From a virus: a DNA stretch of 38,031 nt. The stretch is taken from the IMG/VR virus record IMGVR_UViG_3300014202_000415. One strand, given 5' to 3'. Numbering within the stretch: the stretch's first letter is position 1; each line of letters starts with the position of its first letter. The notes beneath the pieces were generated by a model. The model made no database searches. It was given only the letters and a program-made list of their open reading frames with translations, and had not been told where the DNA came from. This document shows positions 8,140 through 15,661 of this stretch, one piece after another. A program made the translations under genes and the position numbers.

Positions 8140-10566
8140 ATGGCACTAAACGCACAACAAATTAACAGTTTTAGAACGCGAGCAAAGGCCGCGGGGTACA
8201 CTGATGATGATATTGCAAAAGAGATTGCCCGCAAACAAGCAGAGGTACAGGCAACAGCCGCACCAGCAGCGCCAGCCGCGGGTATAGATATTGGCAGTGT
8301 AGGTGCTGAGGCGCCAGCCCCGACAAAGCCCTCACTGGCGGCCCGTATAGGTACGGGTGCCATAGATTTTGTAAAGGGTATGTTTGAGCCAGCTAAAAAC
8401 CTGGGCGAGGCAGTAGGTGAGAGCCTGCAAATGCCTGGTGAGGTGGCAGACCTGCAAAAGCGCCAGCAAAACGCATTGGCAACCAGTGAGCGCCTTATAC
8501 AAAGCGCTAAGCGGTTAGAGGCAGAGGGTAAAAAAGACGAGGCAAAAAAAATGCTTTTGCTCGCGCAGCGGGCAGCGGGGCAGACGACACCCGAGGCAAT
8601 AGCCCTTGAGGATAGAGCAAACAAAGGCATAAAAAAGACTATTAAGGGCGGCGTTGGTACCGCAGCGTTTATGGTGCCAGGTGGTGCCAGCCCAGCAACC
8701 CGTGTATTGGCAGGGGCCGCCACAGGGGCCGCCACAGGGTTTGCACATAGCCAGGAGGGTGAGGAGGTGGGCGCTACGGTAGGCGGTGGCGTATTAGGCG
8801 GTGCCATAAGTGGCGCTGGTGAGTTGGTAGGTGGGTTAGTGCGTAAGCGGGCAGCCGCAGCAGCAGCAAAAGCCGCAGCAGCTAAACCAGGTGACATAAA
8901 CGAGTTGGCCGCAAAATCGTACTCGCGCATTTTCCAAATACCAAAAAACAGACAGTATGCAGGCCTTGACCCTGTTAAAACCAGTAAGGCGCTTATGGGG
9001 TATGACGTAAAACCTAGCAGTTTAGACGACCTTGTAACTATTAGCGACAAGGTGACAGGCGAGAATGGCATACTAAAGCAGTCGGTTGATGATGCACTCG
9101 CGCAGGCAAAAGATACGGTAAATATCAGTGACGCAGTAGTGGCAGCCAAACGCTCCGTAAAAGGTAAGCTGCAAGCAAAAGAGGCTAAAGAGCTGTTACA
9201 GCTTATACGCGATGCCATGCCTGAAAACACTAATATAGACGCAGCACACCCATTGGACGTGTTACAAACAGAGCGGTTTTTGAGTGAGAACGCTAGCACG
9301 TATTGGAACGCATGGCAGCGCACAGGGGCACCAAAGGAAAAGGCCTACTATGAGGCATTTAGGGCGGCAACTGAGGTACTTAAAAACAGGCTTGACACGA
9401 GTAGTGCAGCCGTTATTAACACCATAAAAACACCCGAGCGTATAACCGAGCTGGCAAAAGTAAGCCCCAAACTCGCACAAGAGTTTTTAGACGCTACCAG
9501 CGTACGGCAGTTACGCTCATTACAGAAGCCCTTTGTTGACACTATGCGCCTCGTGCAGGCAACTAATGACCAGTCGGGCCGCATACTACAACAGACCGCA
9601 GAGCGCAGCGTAAGCGGTATGGTAGGGGCTGGCGCAGGGGCCGCAGTCGCGGGCGCACCTGGGGCCGTGGTTGGTAATGTGGTTGGGCAAGCGTTTGCCC
9701 CACTTGAGCAAGCAGCGGTTAAAAGCATACAGGTACCAGCGGTTACACGTATAGCGGGCATGATAGATGCTGCCTCTAAACTCGGGCTCAAGGGCGATGC
9801 GTTTGCAAAAATGGCTAATAATGTATGGGGCAAGGTGGGTGGTGATGCGGTACGTAACCTTATGGTTACCCAAGGTGTTAAAGCCGCGACCAAAACAAAA
9901 GATGCCGAACCGTTCCCTGGTGCATTACCCATGGGCGGTGAGGTTGCTGGTGCAGCTATGCCAGGTGGTGCACCTGGCGCAGCAGACATAGCCCCAGGTG
10001 AGGCAGAGGTACTACAAACCGACACGGTAACGGGCCACAGTGTTAAAGACCACATGACGGCATACAGCAAAGCGCTGGCCGCTGGTGACAAAAAAGCAGC
10101 CTCGTATATTAAGCAGCAACTTGATGTAGAGCAGGAGTACCAAAAGTCACAAGGCAAAGCCAAAGTATCGGCCAATATGCAAAAGGAGTTAATGAAGCTG
10201 GACGTAGCAGACGTTATTTACACTAATGTAGTCAATAGTATTAGCGCCGTTGGGCCTACAGGGCGCATTGCGGGTAAAGTGCAAGAGGGGGCAGCAGCGG
10301 TAGGGTTTAACGCCAAGGCAACCGCATACGAGGCGCTGCGCTCAAGTAGCATTGCCCCGTTGGCACGTATACTATCGGGTGAGAGTGGTGTACTAAACGA
10401 GGGCGACATAAAACGCGCAGAGAAATTACTACCAAAAATAACCGACACGCCACAAGAGGTACAGCTAAAACTTACACAGCTCAAGACAATTATTGACGCA
10501 CGGCGGGGCAAATTACAAACGGCACCAGACGCCACACCCGAGTTTACAACGGGGGCGGCTTTCTAA
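8140..10566 (+). CDS. Large Ala/Gly-rich internal virion / ejection (tape-measure-like) protein
   Basis: 808-aa ORF with Gly/Ala-rich hydrophobic stretches (GAATGAATGF..., GGGVLGGAISGAGELVGG). Function inferred from size, composition and position. Confidence 0.75.
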   Translation: MALNAQQINSFRTRAKAAGYTDDDIAKEIARKQAEVQATAAPAAPAAGIDIGSVGAEAPAPTKPSLAARIGTGAIDFVKGMFEPAKNLGEAVGESLQMPGEVADLQKRQQNALATSERLIQSAKRLEAEGKKDEAKKMLLLAQRAAGQTTPEAIALEDRANKGIKKTIKGGVGTAAFMVPGGASPATRVLAGAATGAATGFAHSQEGEEVGATVGGGVLGGAISGAGELVGGLVRKRAAAAAAKAAAAKPGDINELAAKSYSRIFQIPKNRQYAGLDPVKTSKALMGYDVKPSSLDDLVTISDKVTGENGILKQSVDDALAQAKDTVNISDAVVAAKRSVKGKLQAKEAKELLQLIRDAMPENTNIDAAHPLDVLQTERFLSENASTYWNAWQRTGAPKEKAYYEAFRAATEVLKNRLDTSSAAVINTIKTPERITELAKVSPKLAQEFLDATSVRQLRSLQKPFVDTMRLVQATNDQSGRILQQTAERSVSGMVGAGAGAAVAGAPGAVVGNVVGQAFAPLEQAAVKSIQVPAVTRIAGMIDAASKLGLKGDAFAKMANNVWGKVGGDAVRNLMVTQGVKAATKTKDAEPFPGALPMGGEVAGAAMPGGAPGAADIAPGEAEVLQTDTVTGHSVKDHMTAYSKALAAGDKKAASYIKQQLDVEQEYQKSQGKAKVSANMQKELMKLDVADVIYTNVVNSISAVGPTGRIAGKVQEGAAAVGFNAKATAYEALRSSSIAPLARILSGESGVLNEGDIKRAEKLLPKITDTPQEVQLKLTQLKTIIDARRGKLQTAPDATPEFTTGAAF

Positions 10567-10569
10567 CTG

Positions 10570-10579
10570 GTGATATAAT
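10570..10579 (+). promoter_or_regulatory. Late promoter GTGATATAAT, 6 nt from ATG 10586 (leaderless)
   Basis: GGTGATATAAT-atacct-ATGGCA. Confidence 0.65.
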
Positions 10580-10585
10580 ATACCT

Positions 10586-10876
10586 ATGGCAGTAGACGTA
10601 CAGGCAATTAGGGAAGTGTTTAGGCAACAGTTTGGGGGCCAACCCTCACGTGCTGGCGTTGTTGGAGCCCCGCCAGTGAGCCCCGTACAACCACTTACGC
10701 CTAATATGCAAAACCGACAACCCCCACAGCCGAGCCAAGCAGAGGTTACCCCAAGCTCGGGCACTATTAGCGCGTTAGGACAGCAAAAAGGCGAGGCGCA
10801 AGACATTACAAAGGCGTTAATAAAACGATTGGAAAGATTGGGGGGTAATGATGCAGGGGCAGGGGGTATGGTATGA
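10586..10876 (+). CDS. Hypothetical Pro/Gln-rich protein
   Basis: 96-aa ORF starting 6 nt after the -10 box. Confidence 0.6.
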   Translation: MAVDVQAIREVFRQQFGGQPSRAGVVGAPPVSPVQPLTPNMQNRQPPQPSQAEVTPSSGTISALGQQKGEAQDITKALIKRLERLGGNDAGAGGMV

Positions 10877-11139
10877 GCAAAAAACAAGACAACCAAAATA
10901 TAACCTGGTTACAGGTTAATAACATAGTGCCCATTGTCTTAATTGTAGTTAGCTCGTTGTTGGGGTACGGCGTTACGCTTACGCGTATTGCCGTTTTAGA
11001 GAATAAAATAGACTACATGACGAGGCAGCAAGATATAGTTTTACAAACCCTTACCTCAGTAGAGGGCCGTTATGGCAGGCTGGCAGTACAGGTTGGCAGG
11101 GTTGAGGAGCGGTTAGGTATGAAAAAAACAGAGGAGTAA
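10873..11139 (+). CDS. Membrane-anchored coiled-coil protein (lysis accessory / spanin- or holin-like)
   Basis: 88 aa with one TM segment (IVPIVLIVVSSLLGYGV) followed by a coiled coil. ATGA overlap with the upstream gene. Immediately upstream of the endolysin. Confidence 0.6.
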   Translation: MSKKQDNQNITWLQVNNIVPIVLIVVSSLLGYGVTLTRIAVLENKIDYMTRQQDIVLQTLTSVEGRYGRLAVQVGRVEERLGMKKTEE

Positions 11140-11143
11140 ACGT

Positions 11144-12058
11144 ATGGCAGTAAACGTACAAATACCAATTTTAGGCGACAAATACCAAGATTACCGCATG
11201 GGTATACCAGGCGATAGTTATAATTGGGGGCCAGTCGTTAACGCTAAAGACATACAGTATTTTGCCCTGCACCACAGCGTAACGGCTCAGACGGCAAAAA
11301 ACGATGGAAACTGGCGTGCTGAGGCAGACAAAATAGCCAACCTACATTTAAACCGTACCTATGTTGGGGCTGACGGTAAAACGTACACATGGCAAGGGGT
11401 AGGGTACCGCTTTATTATATGCTCAGACGGCACCGTAGCCTATGTAGGCGACCTCTCACACGGCGGCAGCGCTGTAGGCGGCAATAACCACATTATTTTT
11501 AGCGCCTGCCTTATTGGCGACTTTACAAAAGAGCTACCCACCGCGGCACAGGTACACAGTGCACACATACTGTGCGACTGGTTTATAAATAAAATGCCGC
11601 AGTACCCTGGTATTAGCGGTTGGGATAAAATAATAGGGCACCAAGACGCAAACAAATTACTGCACCTCTCGGGTGCAGAGGCCACAGCCTGCCCAGGCAG
11701 TAATTGGCGTGTAGCTGGCGACAGTTTACGCGAGCGCGTCATTAACGACCACTTTGACGGGTACCCAAACCCGCAGCCAACGTGGGCACTACCAGAGCCG
11801 ACACCAACCCCACCTGCACCGCCCGTGCCACCAGAGCCCGTACCGCAGCCACCTGCGCCCGAGCCAACACCACTACCGCCAACACCAGAGCCAATACCGA
11901 CACCCCCAGCACAGGAGGAGCCAGGGGTAAATTATAAAGAGCTGGCAACCAAGCTAAAAAAATACTTATATGACATTAAAACTATCGTTTACGGAAAAGG
12001 ATTTTGGTGGACGAAAGTGGCCAGAGTTAAAAAAGTATTTACCGAAAATAGCCTTTGA
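11144..12058 (+). CDS. Endolysin: N-acetylmuramoyl-L-alanine amidase (Amidase_2 / PGRP type) with a Pro-rich linker
   Basis: FALHHSVT..., GYRFII..., IIGHQDA...ATACPG zinc-amidase motifs. A PEPTPTPPAPPVPPEPVPQPPAPEPTPLPPTPEPIPTPP linker is followed by a short basic C-terminus. Confidence 0.8.
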   Translation: MAVNVQIPILGDKYQDYRMGIPGDSYNWGPVVNAKDIQYFALHHSVTAQTAKNDGNWRAEADKIANLHLNRTYVGADGKTYTWQGVGYRFIICSDGTVAYVGDLSHGGSAVGGNNHIIFSACLIGDFTKELPTAAQVHSAHILCDWFINKMPQYPGISGWDKIIGHQDANKLLHLSGAEATACPGSNWRVAGDSLRERVINDHFDGYPNPQPTWALPEPTPTPPAPPVPPEPVPQPPAPEPTPLPPTPEPIPTPPAQEEPGVNYKELATKLKKYLYDIKTIVYGKGFWWTKVARVKKVFTENSL

Positions 12059-12173
12059 GCGCGAGCGACAAGCGACCTATAAAGCGTTTGAGTCTATTAT
12101 AGATAGGTTGAGCGCAGCTATAATTATAGGGTTAGGAATAATAATAATTTTACTTGGTGTGATAAAATTGTAG
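11970..12173 (+). CDS. Overlapping +1-frame ORF with a C-terminal TM segment (independent gene or frameshift extension of the endolysin)
   Basis: 67-aa ORF with no SD. It starts 89 nt before the endolysin stop and ends in AAIIIGLGIIIILLGVIKL. Its frame opens at TAA 11955-11957, at the start of the A7 run 11956-11962. Confidence 0.4.
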   Translation: MTLKLSFTEKDFGGRKWPELKKYLPKIAFERERQATYKAFESIIDRLSAAIIIGLGIIIILLGVIKL

Positions 12174-12188
12174 TAGGAGGTATTGAGT

Positions 12189-12419
12189 ATGGATAACAAT
12201 GTTTTGGCAGTACCAGCAGTTGCGGCAATTATGGTAATTACCGAGGCCTTTAAAGAGGTGGTACCTAATAGGTACCTGCCACTCGTGGCACTCTTTTTAG
12301 GCGTGGCGTTTGGTTTACTCGAAAATAAAAGTTTACCTGGCCTTATCCAGGGCATACTCTATGGCGGTAGTGCCATGGGGCTTTACCGAGGGTATAAGGT
12401 TGCAGTTAAAGGCGAGTAA
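12189..12419 (+). CDS. Holin
   Basis: 76 aa from ATG 12189, with a TAGGAGGT SD 8 nt upstream. Two hydrophobic helices (LAVPAVAAIMVITEAFK, LPLVALFLGVAFGLL) and a charged C-terminus. Adjacent to the endolysin. Confidence 0.65.
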   Translation: MDNNVLAVPAVAAIMVITEAFKEVVPNRYLPLVALFLGVAFGLLENKSLPGLIQGILYGGSAMGLYRGYKVAVKGE

Positions 12420-12443
12420 CCAAAAAAACCGAAACCCAAAGAA

Positions 12444-12467
12444 AAGCCCCGTAACAGGGGCTTTTTT
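12444..12467 (+). terminator. Rho-independent terminator ending the late/lysis operon
   Basis: AAGCCCC-gtaaca-GGGGCTT followed by TTTTTT. Confidence 0.8.
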
Positions 12468-12785
12468 ATGGCTGATGCAGAGCGAAATTATTTTTATTGG
12501 CGTAATGACCAGGGGGTACCTATAAAATACCATGTTACCAGAGCACCAGAAATTATCCTTGGCGAGCCAGGGCAAGCGCCCGAGGCCGCGCGAGAAAATA
12601 CGGGGCAGCCAGTTTGTGAAGCGGGAGGAGAAAACACGCCCGAAATTAACAATACGCAACCCGTTTGAGGGTTGGAAAAAAAAGCAAAAGGTTACGCCAC
12701 CTAGATAACCTGCTGCACTATACGGGGTACTGGCATGGTACCTATTTTAGAAATGGCGTTGCACAGCCCCGCAAAAAATGACCCC

Positions 12786-12815
12786 TTGACACAACCAAAA
12801 AAACCGTGGTACTTT
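12786..12815 (+). promoter_or_regulatory. Candidate leftmost early promoter, CCCCTTGACA-18-TACTTT
   Basis: TTGACA at 12786-12791. GTGGTACTTT resembles GTGATACTTT of the promoter at 308. Confidence 0.45.
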
Positions 12816-12890
12816 GTTTATTGTATATGGAAAATACACCCCCGTTTAACCTCACATTAGGCTACACTTCGAAAAAACTTGTTTTTACCT

Positions 12891-13100
12891 ATGGCAGACG
12901 ACTACGATGATATAGAGCGTGACATAAACAGACGCCAAAGCCAGCGGTACTTTGCAAAGCGCAGAGGTACCGAGCCCCTGGGGTATTGCGACTGTGGTAC
13001 ACCTATTTACAAAGCCGATAAAAGCGGCATACCGTATAGACAATGCTATAAATGTTTTAGTGGTGCACGCCCCTTTGGGGCAACAGGTGGGCAACGTTGA
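12891..13100 (+). CDS. Small Cys-rich (zinc-binding?) protein
   Basis: 69 aa from ATGGCA 12891 (the ORF track starts at TTG 12879). Contains CDCG...CYKC. Confidence 0.55.
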   Translation: MADDYDDIERDINRRQSQRYFAKRRGTEPLGYCDCGTPIYKADKSGIPYRQCYKCFSGARPFGATGGQR

Positions 13101-13404
13101 AAGTGCGCGGTAGCCTGTATAAAACGATGACCGCGCCGAACTCTGATACGCAGGGCCGTACTGTTTAAACATCGGCAGGGTGGCGTAGCGAGTAACGAGC
13201 AAGTGCCGTGCACGTCATGGCGCAAAGACCACAGACCCTTACGGTAGTTGGAGGGAGGCCTACCCCGCAGGTGCGGGCTGAAAGTAATTACCGCCGTTTA
13301 AAACCCCTAGGGGGGTAGGGGGGCAACGTACTTTACCCTATCAGGGTATCGTAACGTTTAAAACAAAAACAGAGTTACTATATAGTTATTAGTTACTATA
13401 GCCT
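13101..13404 (+). other. 304-nt non-coding, GC-rich, hairpin-dense spacer ending in AT-rich direct repeats
   Basis: No ORF with a start and SD in any frame. Local stems: GCGCGGT...ACCGCGC (13106-13137), CCCGC-aggt-GCGGG (13264-13277) and TACCCT-atc-AGGGTA (13334-13348). G-runs GGGGGGTAGGGGGG. AGTTACTATA occurs twice at 13373-13400. Confidence 0.5.
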
Positions 13405-13641
13405 ATGAGCACTGACGACACAGTACCAGTTATAGACAAATGCCACGGTACTATTGAAATAAACGGCGAGCAAATGCCGTGCCCTGCAAAGCCCACACCT
13501 GGTGGGTACACCTGTTTAAAGCACAAAGTTAATTACGGCCAAACGGCAAAAAAGCGCACATACACCGTTACTGAAATGCGCGAAAAATTACAAAAAATGC
13601 GCAGCGATTACCGCAGACCACAAGAGCGCCCCGCGTTTTGA
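13405..13641 (+). CDS. Small Cys/His-containing protein
   Basis: 78-aa ORF with CHG...CP...CLKH. Confidence 0.55.
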   Translation: MSTDDTVPVIDKCHGTIEINGEQMPCPAKPTPGGYTCLKHKVNYGQTAKKRTYTVTEMREKLQKMRSDYRRPQERPAF

Positions 13642-13656
13642 GGCTAAACTGGATAC

Positions 13657-13685
13657 TTGACAACCACCTAACAATGGGCTATACT
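13657..13685 (+). promoter_or_regulatory. Early promoter TTGACA-17-TATACT with the ACCTAACAAT spacer
   Basis: TTGACAACCACCTAACAATGGGCTATACT. Confidence 0.7.
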
Positions 13686-13705
13686 TAATACGAAAGGTGG
13701 AAAAC

Positions 13706-13900
13706 ATGACAGGATTACTTTTGATAGCATACTTTACAGCCACAATTTTACTACTCGCAGGCATAGCCAAAGTAAATAAGTTTATGGCTGGCTACGGCCC
13801 TACCCCTAAAATAAAGACCCCACGCCCGCGCAGAGAAAACGGCCAGTATATGCGTAAAATAAAAATTGGTGGCATGGAGCCAGGCGAGCTTTACCTTTAA
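13706..13900 (+). CDS. Small membrane protein
   Basis: 64 aa from ATG 13706 with an AAAGGTGG SD. N-terminal TM segment LLLIAYFTATILLLAGIA. Confidence 0.6.
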   Translation: MTGLLLIAYFTATILLLAGIAKVNKFMAGYGPTPKIKTPRPRRENGQYMRKIKIGGMEPGELYL

Positions 13901-13904
13901 ACCT

Positions 13905-14147
13905 ATGATGACAGAAAAAGAAATACTAGCAACACTAAGCTCATTTTACCGCGCAAACGTGGTGGATTATGAGCAACTTGGAAGCACAGGCACAGATATT
14001 TATTTTAGAAGCATAACCGCTTTTAGGGGCCCCATGTGGGTATACCATACACTACGCCGCACCGCTATTTTTTTTGACCAAGCAGCCAGGTACGTAAGGC
14101 GTATTATTGGCAAGTTTGAGTACAATTTAGACGGGGAGCAATTATGA
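13905..14147 (+). CDS. Hypothetical protein
   Basis: 80 aa from ATG 13905, which is in frame within ORF-track 13866..14147. Confidence 0.55.
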   Translation: MMTEKEILATLSSFYRANVVDYEQLGSTGTDIYFRSITAFRGPMWVYHTLRRTAIFFDQAARYVRRIIGKFEYNLDGEQL

Positions 14148-14302
14148 GCACAAAAATAAAAACGACCTCAATACGGGCAAAGCAAAATAACACGACAAAA
14201 ACAACGCCCTCAACCCATTGCCCCGAGTGTGGCGAGCCGCTATTAGTTACTGAGAGCGGCAGGGTTGCAGAGTGCCCAGGGTGCGGGTATACGGAGGCAT
14301 AA
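14144..14302 (+). CDS. Zinc-ribbon microprotein (52 aa; below the ORF-track cutoff)
   Basis: ATGA overlap with the upstream gene. Product MSTKIKTT...HCPECGEPLLVTESGRVAECPGCGYTEA has a CxxC...CxxC pattern. Confidence 0.55.
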   Translation: MSTKIKTTSIRAKQNNTTKTTPSTHCPECGEPLLVTESGRVAECPGCGYTEA

Positions 14303-14303
14303 T

Positions 14304-14495
14304 ATGAGCGCAAAAGACCAACTACCAGAAATTGTAGAGTATTTTTTAAACTGCGCAAAGCTATTTGCAGCGGTATGCGCCGACACTAACGCTGATACGT
14401 TTACACAAAAAACGGTGGTAACCCATTTTGCCACAGGTGAAAAATACGATGTTAAATTATTGGTTACAAAGCAAAAAGGGGGTAAGCATGGATAA
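14304..14495 (+). CDS. Hypothetical protein
   Basis: 63 aa from ATG 14304, one base after the preceding stop. Confidence 0.55.
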   Translation: MSAKDQLPEIVEYFLNCAKLFAAVCADTNADTFTQKTVVTHFATGEKYDVKLLVTKQKGGKHG

Positions 14496-14688
14496 ACTCG
14501 ACAAACTCAAATGGCAAATACACTTGGAAACCTCATTAACCCAAATTATGCTATGGGTAATACTGTGGCGCTTATTTGGCGGCTGGTTGGGCTACGTGGC
14601 CTTTGTGTGTATTTTGGGTAATATGGTGACCCTGGGGAAATCTGCAAGTAAATTAGGCAAGGATTATTTTAAAGATGAGGAGGGCTAA
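14488..14688 (+). CDS. Small membrane protein
   Basis: 66 aa from ATG 14488. Two hydrophobic segments (IMLWVILWRLFGGWLGYVAFVCILG). Confidence 0.55.
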   Translation: MDKLDKLKWQIHLETSLTQIMLWVILWRLFGGWLGYVAFVCILGNMVTLGKSASKLGKDYFKDEEG

Positions 14689-14689
14689 T

Positions 14690-14821
14690 ATGCTATTTTT
14701 TTGGTTTATACTATGGTGGTTTAACGGCTTCCCAGCCTTTGGGCCTTGGGATATTTGGTTTATTTGGTTTTTGATTTGCTGGTTATTATTAAGCAGCTCA
14801 AGTAGCAGCAAAAATGACTAA
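14690..14821 (+). CDS. Trp/Phe-rich hydrophobic micropeptide (43 aa)
   Basis: GAGGAGGG SD 5-6 nt upstream. Product MLFFWFILWWFNGFPAFGPWDIWFIWFLICWLLLSSSSSSKND. Confidence 0.5.
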   Translation: MLFFWFILWWFNGFPAFGPWDIWFIWFLICWLLLSSSSSSKND

Positions 14822-14975
14822 ATACATGACCCACGCACAGCGCGTTAAAATAGCCATACAGCGGTACAAAAAGAGCCTACGCAAAAACGGCACCAGTGAG
14901 TTTGCGGTAAGCCTTGCGGTTGGCTCGGGGTTAGAGTTTTTGGTGTATTACAACACAGCGCATAAGAAAATATGA
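14814..14975 (+). CDS. Small basic protein (53 aa)
   Basis: Overlapping ATG/stop arrangement on both sides. Product MTKYMTHAQRVKIAIQRYKKSLRKNG... Confidence 0.45.
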   Translation: MTKYMTHAQRVKIAIQRYKKSLRKNGTSEFAVSLAVGSGLEFLVYYNTAHKKI

Positions 14976-15346
14976 AACGCTTTACTATACGACCACGTAC
15001 CGAGCACCAAATACAAAACGCACTTATAGAGTACCTGCAATACCATGGCATTATGGCCTGGCGACAAAATGCTGGCATGATTGCTATACCTGACGCTAAA
15101 GCCCGCCGCGGTAACCGCATGGTGCGCGTTGGGCCCACGGGCATACCCGACATTATAGGGGTGTGTGGCCCAGCGTTTAAACATAGCAAGCACCTTGGTA
15201 TGCTCATAGCCGTAGAGGTAAAGGTACCAGGCAACAAGCCTACAGAGGCCCAGGAGCGTATGATTGGCGAGCTACGGGCACATGGGGCGTATGTGGGGGT
15301 TATACACAGCGTAGACGAGCTAGAGAGCTGGTTAGCGAGCTTATGA
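14972..15346 (+). CDS. VRR-NUC domain nuclease (PD-(D/E)xK fold)
   Basis: EHQIQNALIEYL..., GIPDIIGV..., LIAVEVKVPGNKPTEAQ..., HSVDEL: the typical VRR-NUC order of motifs. Confidence 0.7.
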   Translation: MKRFTIRPRTEHQIQNALIEYLQYHGIMAWRQNAGMIAIPDAKARRGNRMVRVGPTGIPDIIGVCGPAFKHSKHLGMLIAVEVKVPGNKPTEAQERMIGELRAHGAYVGVIHSVDELESWLASL

Positions 15347-15492
15347 AAGCTATTTTACAGTTGGTAATAAAAATACTACTCAAACTGACTGAGGCGGCAA
15401 TAATAAACGGCACCGTGGATAAGGTGAGCGCTGTAGATTTGGTAACTGACCTTGGCAGGCTCAAACAAGAGGTAAATAGGTTACGTATGTAA
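15343..15492 (+). CDS. Small hypothetical protein (49 aa)
   Basis: ATGA overlap with the upstream gene and an open frame to TAA 15490-15492. Confidence 0.45.
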   Translation: MKAILQLVIKILLKLTEAAIINGTVDKVSAVDLVTDLGRLKQEVNRLRM

Positions 15493-15493
15493 T

Positions 15494-15661
15494 ATGAAAA
15501 AATACCACGCACAACGCATTATGGCAGCCTTAATTAGCATTGGCTTTATGTTCCCATTTTTTTGGTTTTTCCCCCAGGCCGCGGCTATAGTAACTATGTT
15601 TGTTATGTTTTTACTAGGTTACGGGCTTTTGCTGGCCCTTATTTTTACATGGGATTTATGA
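15494..15661 (+). CDS. Small two-TM membrane protein (55 aa)
   Basis: MKKYHAQRIMAALISIGFMFPFFWFFPQAAAIVTMFVMFLLGYGLLLALIFTWDL. ATGA overlap with the next gene. Confidence 0.5.
   Translation: MKKYHAQRIMAALISIGFMFPFFWFFPQAAAIVTMFVMFLLGYGLLLALIFTWDL

Noticed and set aside
8064-10175. Minus-strand ORFs of 419 aa (8064-9323) and 275 aa (9348-10175).
   Set aside because: They lie opposite the 808-aa Ala/Gly-rich gene. GCN and GGN codons read as stop-free Ala/Ser/Pro-rich sequence on the other strand. There are no SD or promoter signals.
12468-12668. 66-aa + strand ORF starting inside the U-tract of the holin terminator.
   Set aside because: It starts within a strong terminator, has no SD, and its composition looks non-coding. 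It lies in the late/early intergenic region that carries the 12786 promoter.
13217-13318. 33-codon ORF (ATGGCG...) inside the 304-nt non-coding island.
   Set aside because: It has no SD and no -10 box at leaderless distance. It overlaps the hairpin-rich segment and is too short to support.
12420-13404. tRNA or tmRNA genes in the larger non-coding regions. I also checked 155-421, 27230-27428 and 35258-35581.
   Set aside because: I found no cloverleaf-compatible acceptor, T-arm (GTTCRANYC-like) or D-arm combination on either strand. This was by eye only, so a tRNAscan/Infernal run should confirm it.
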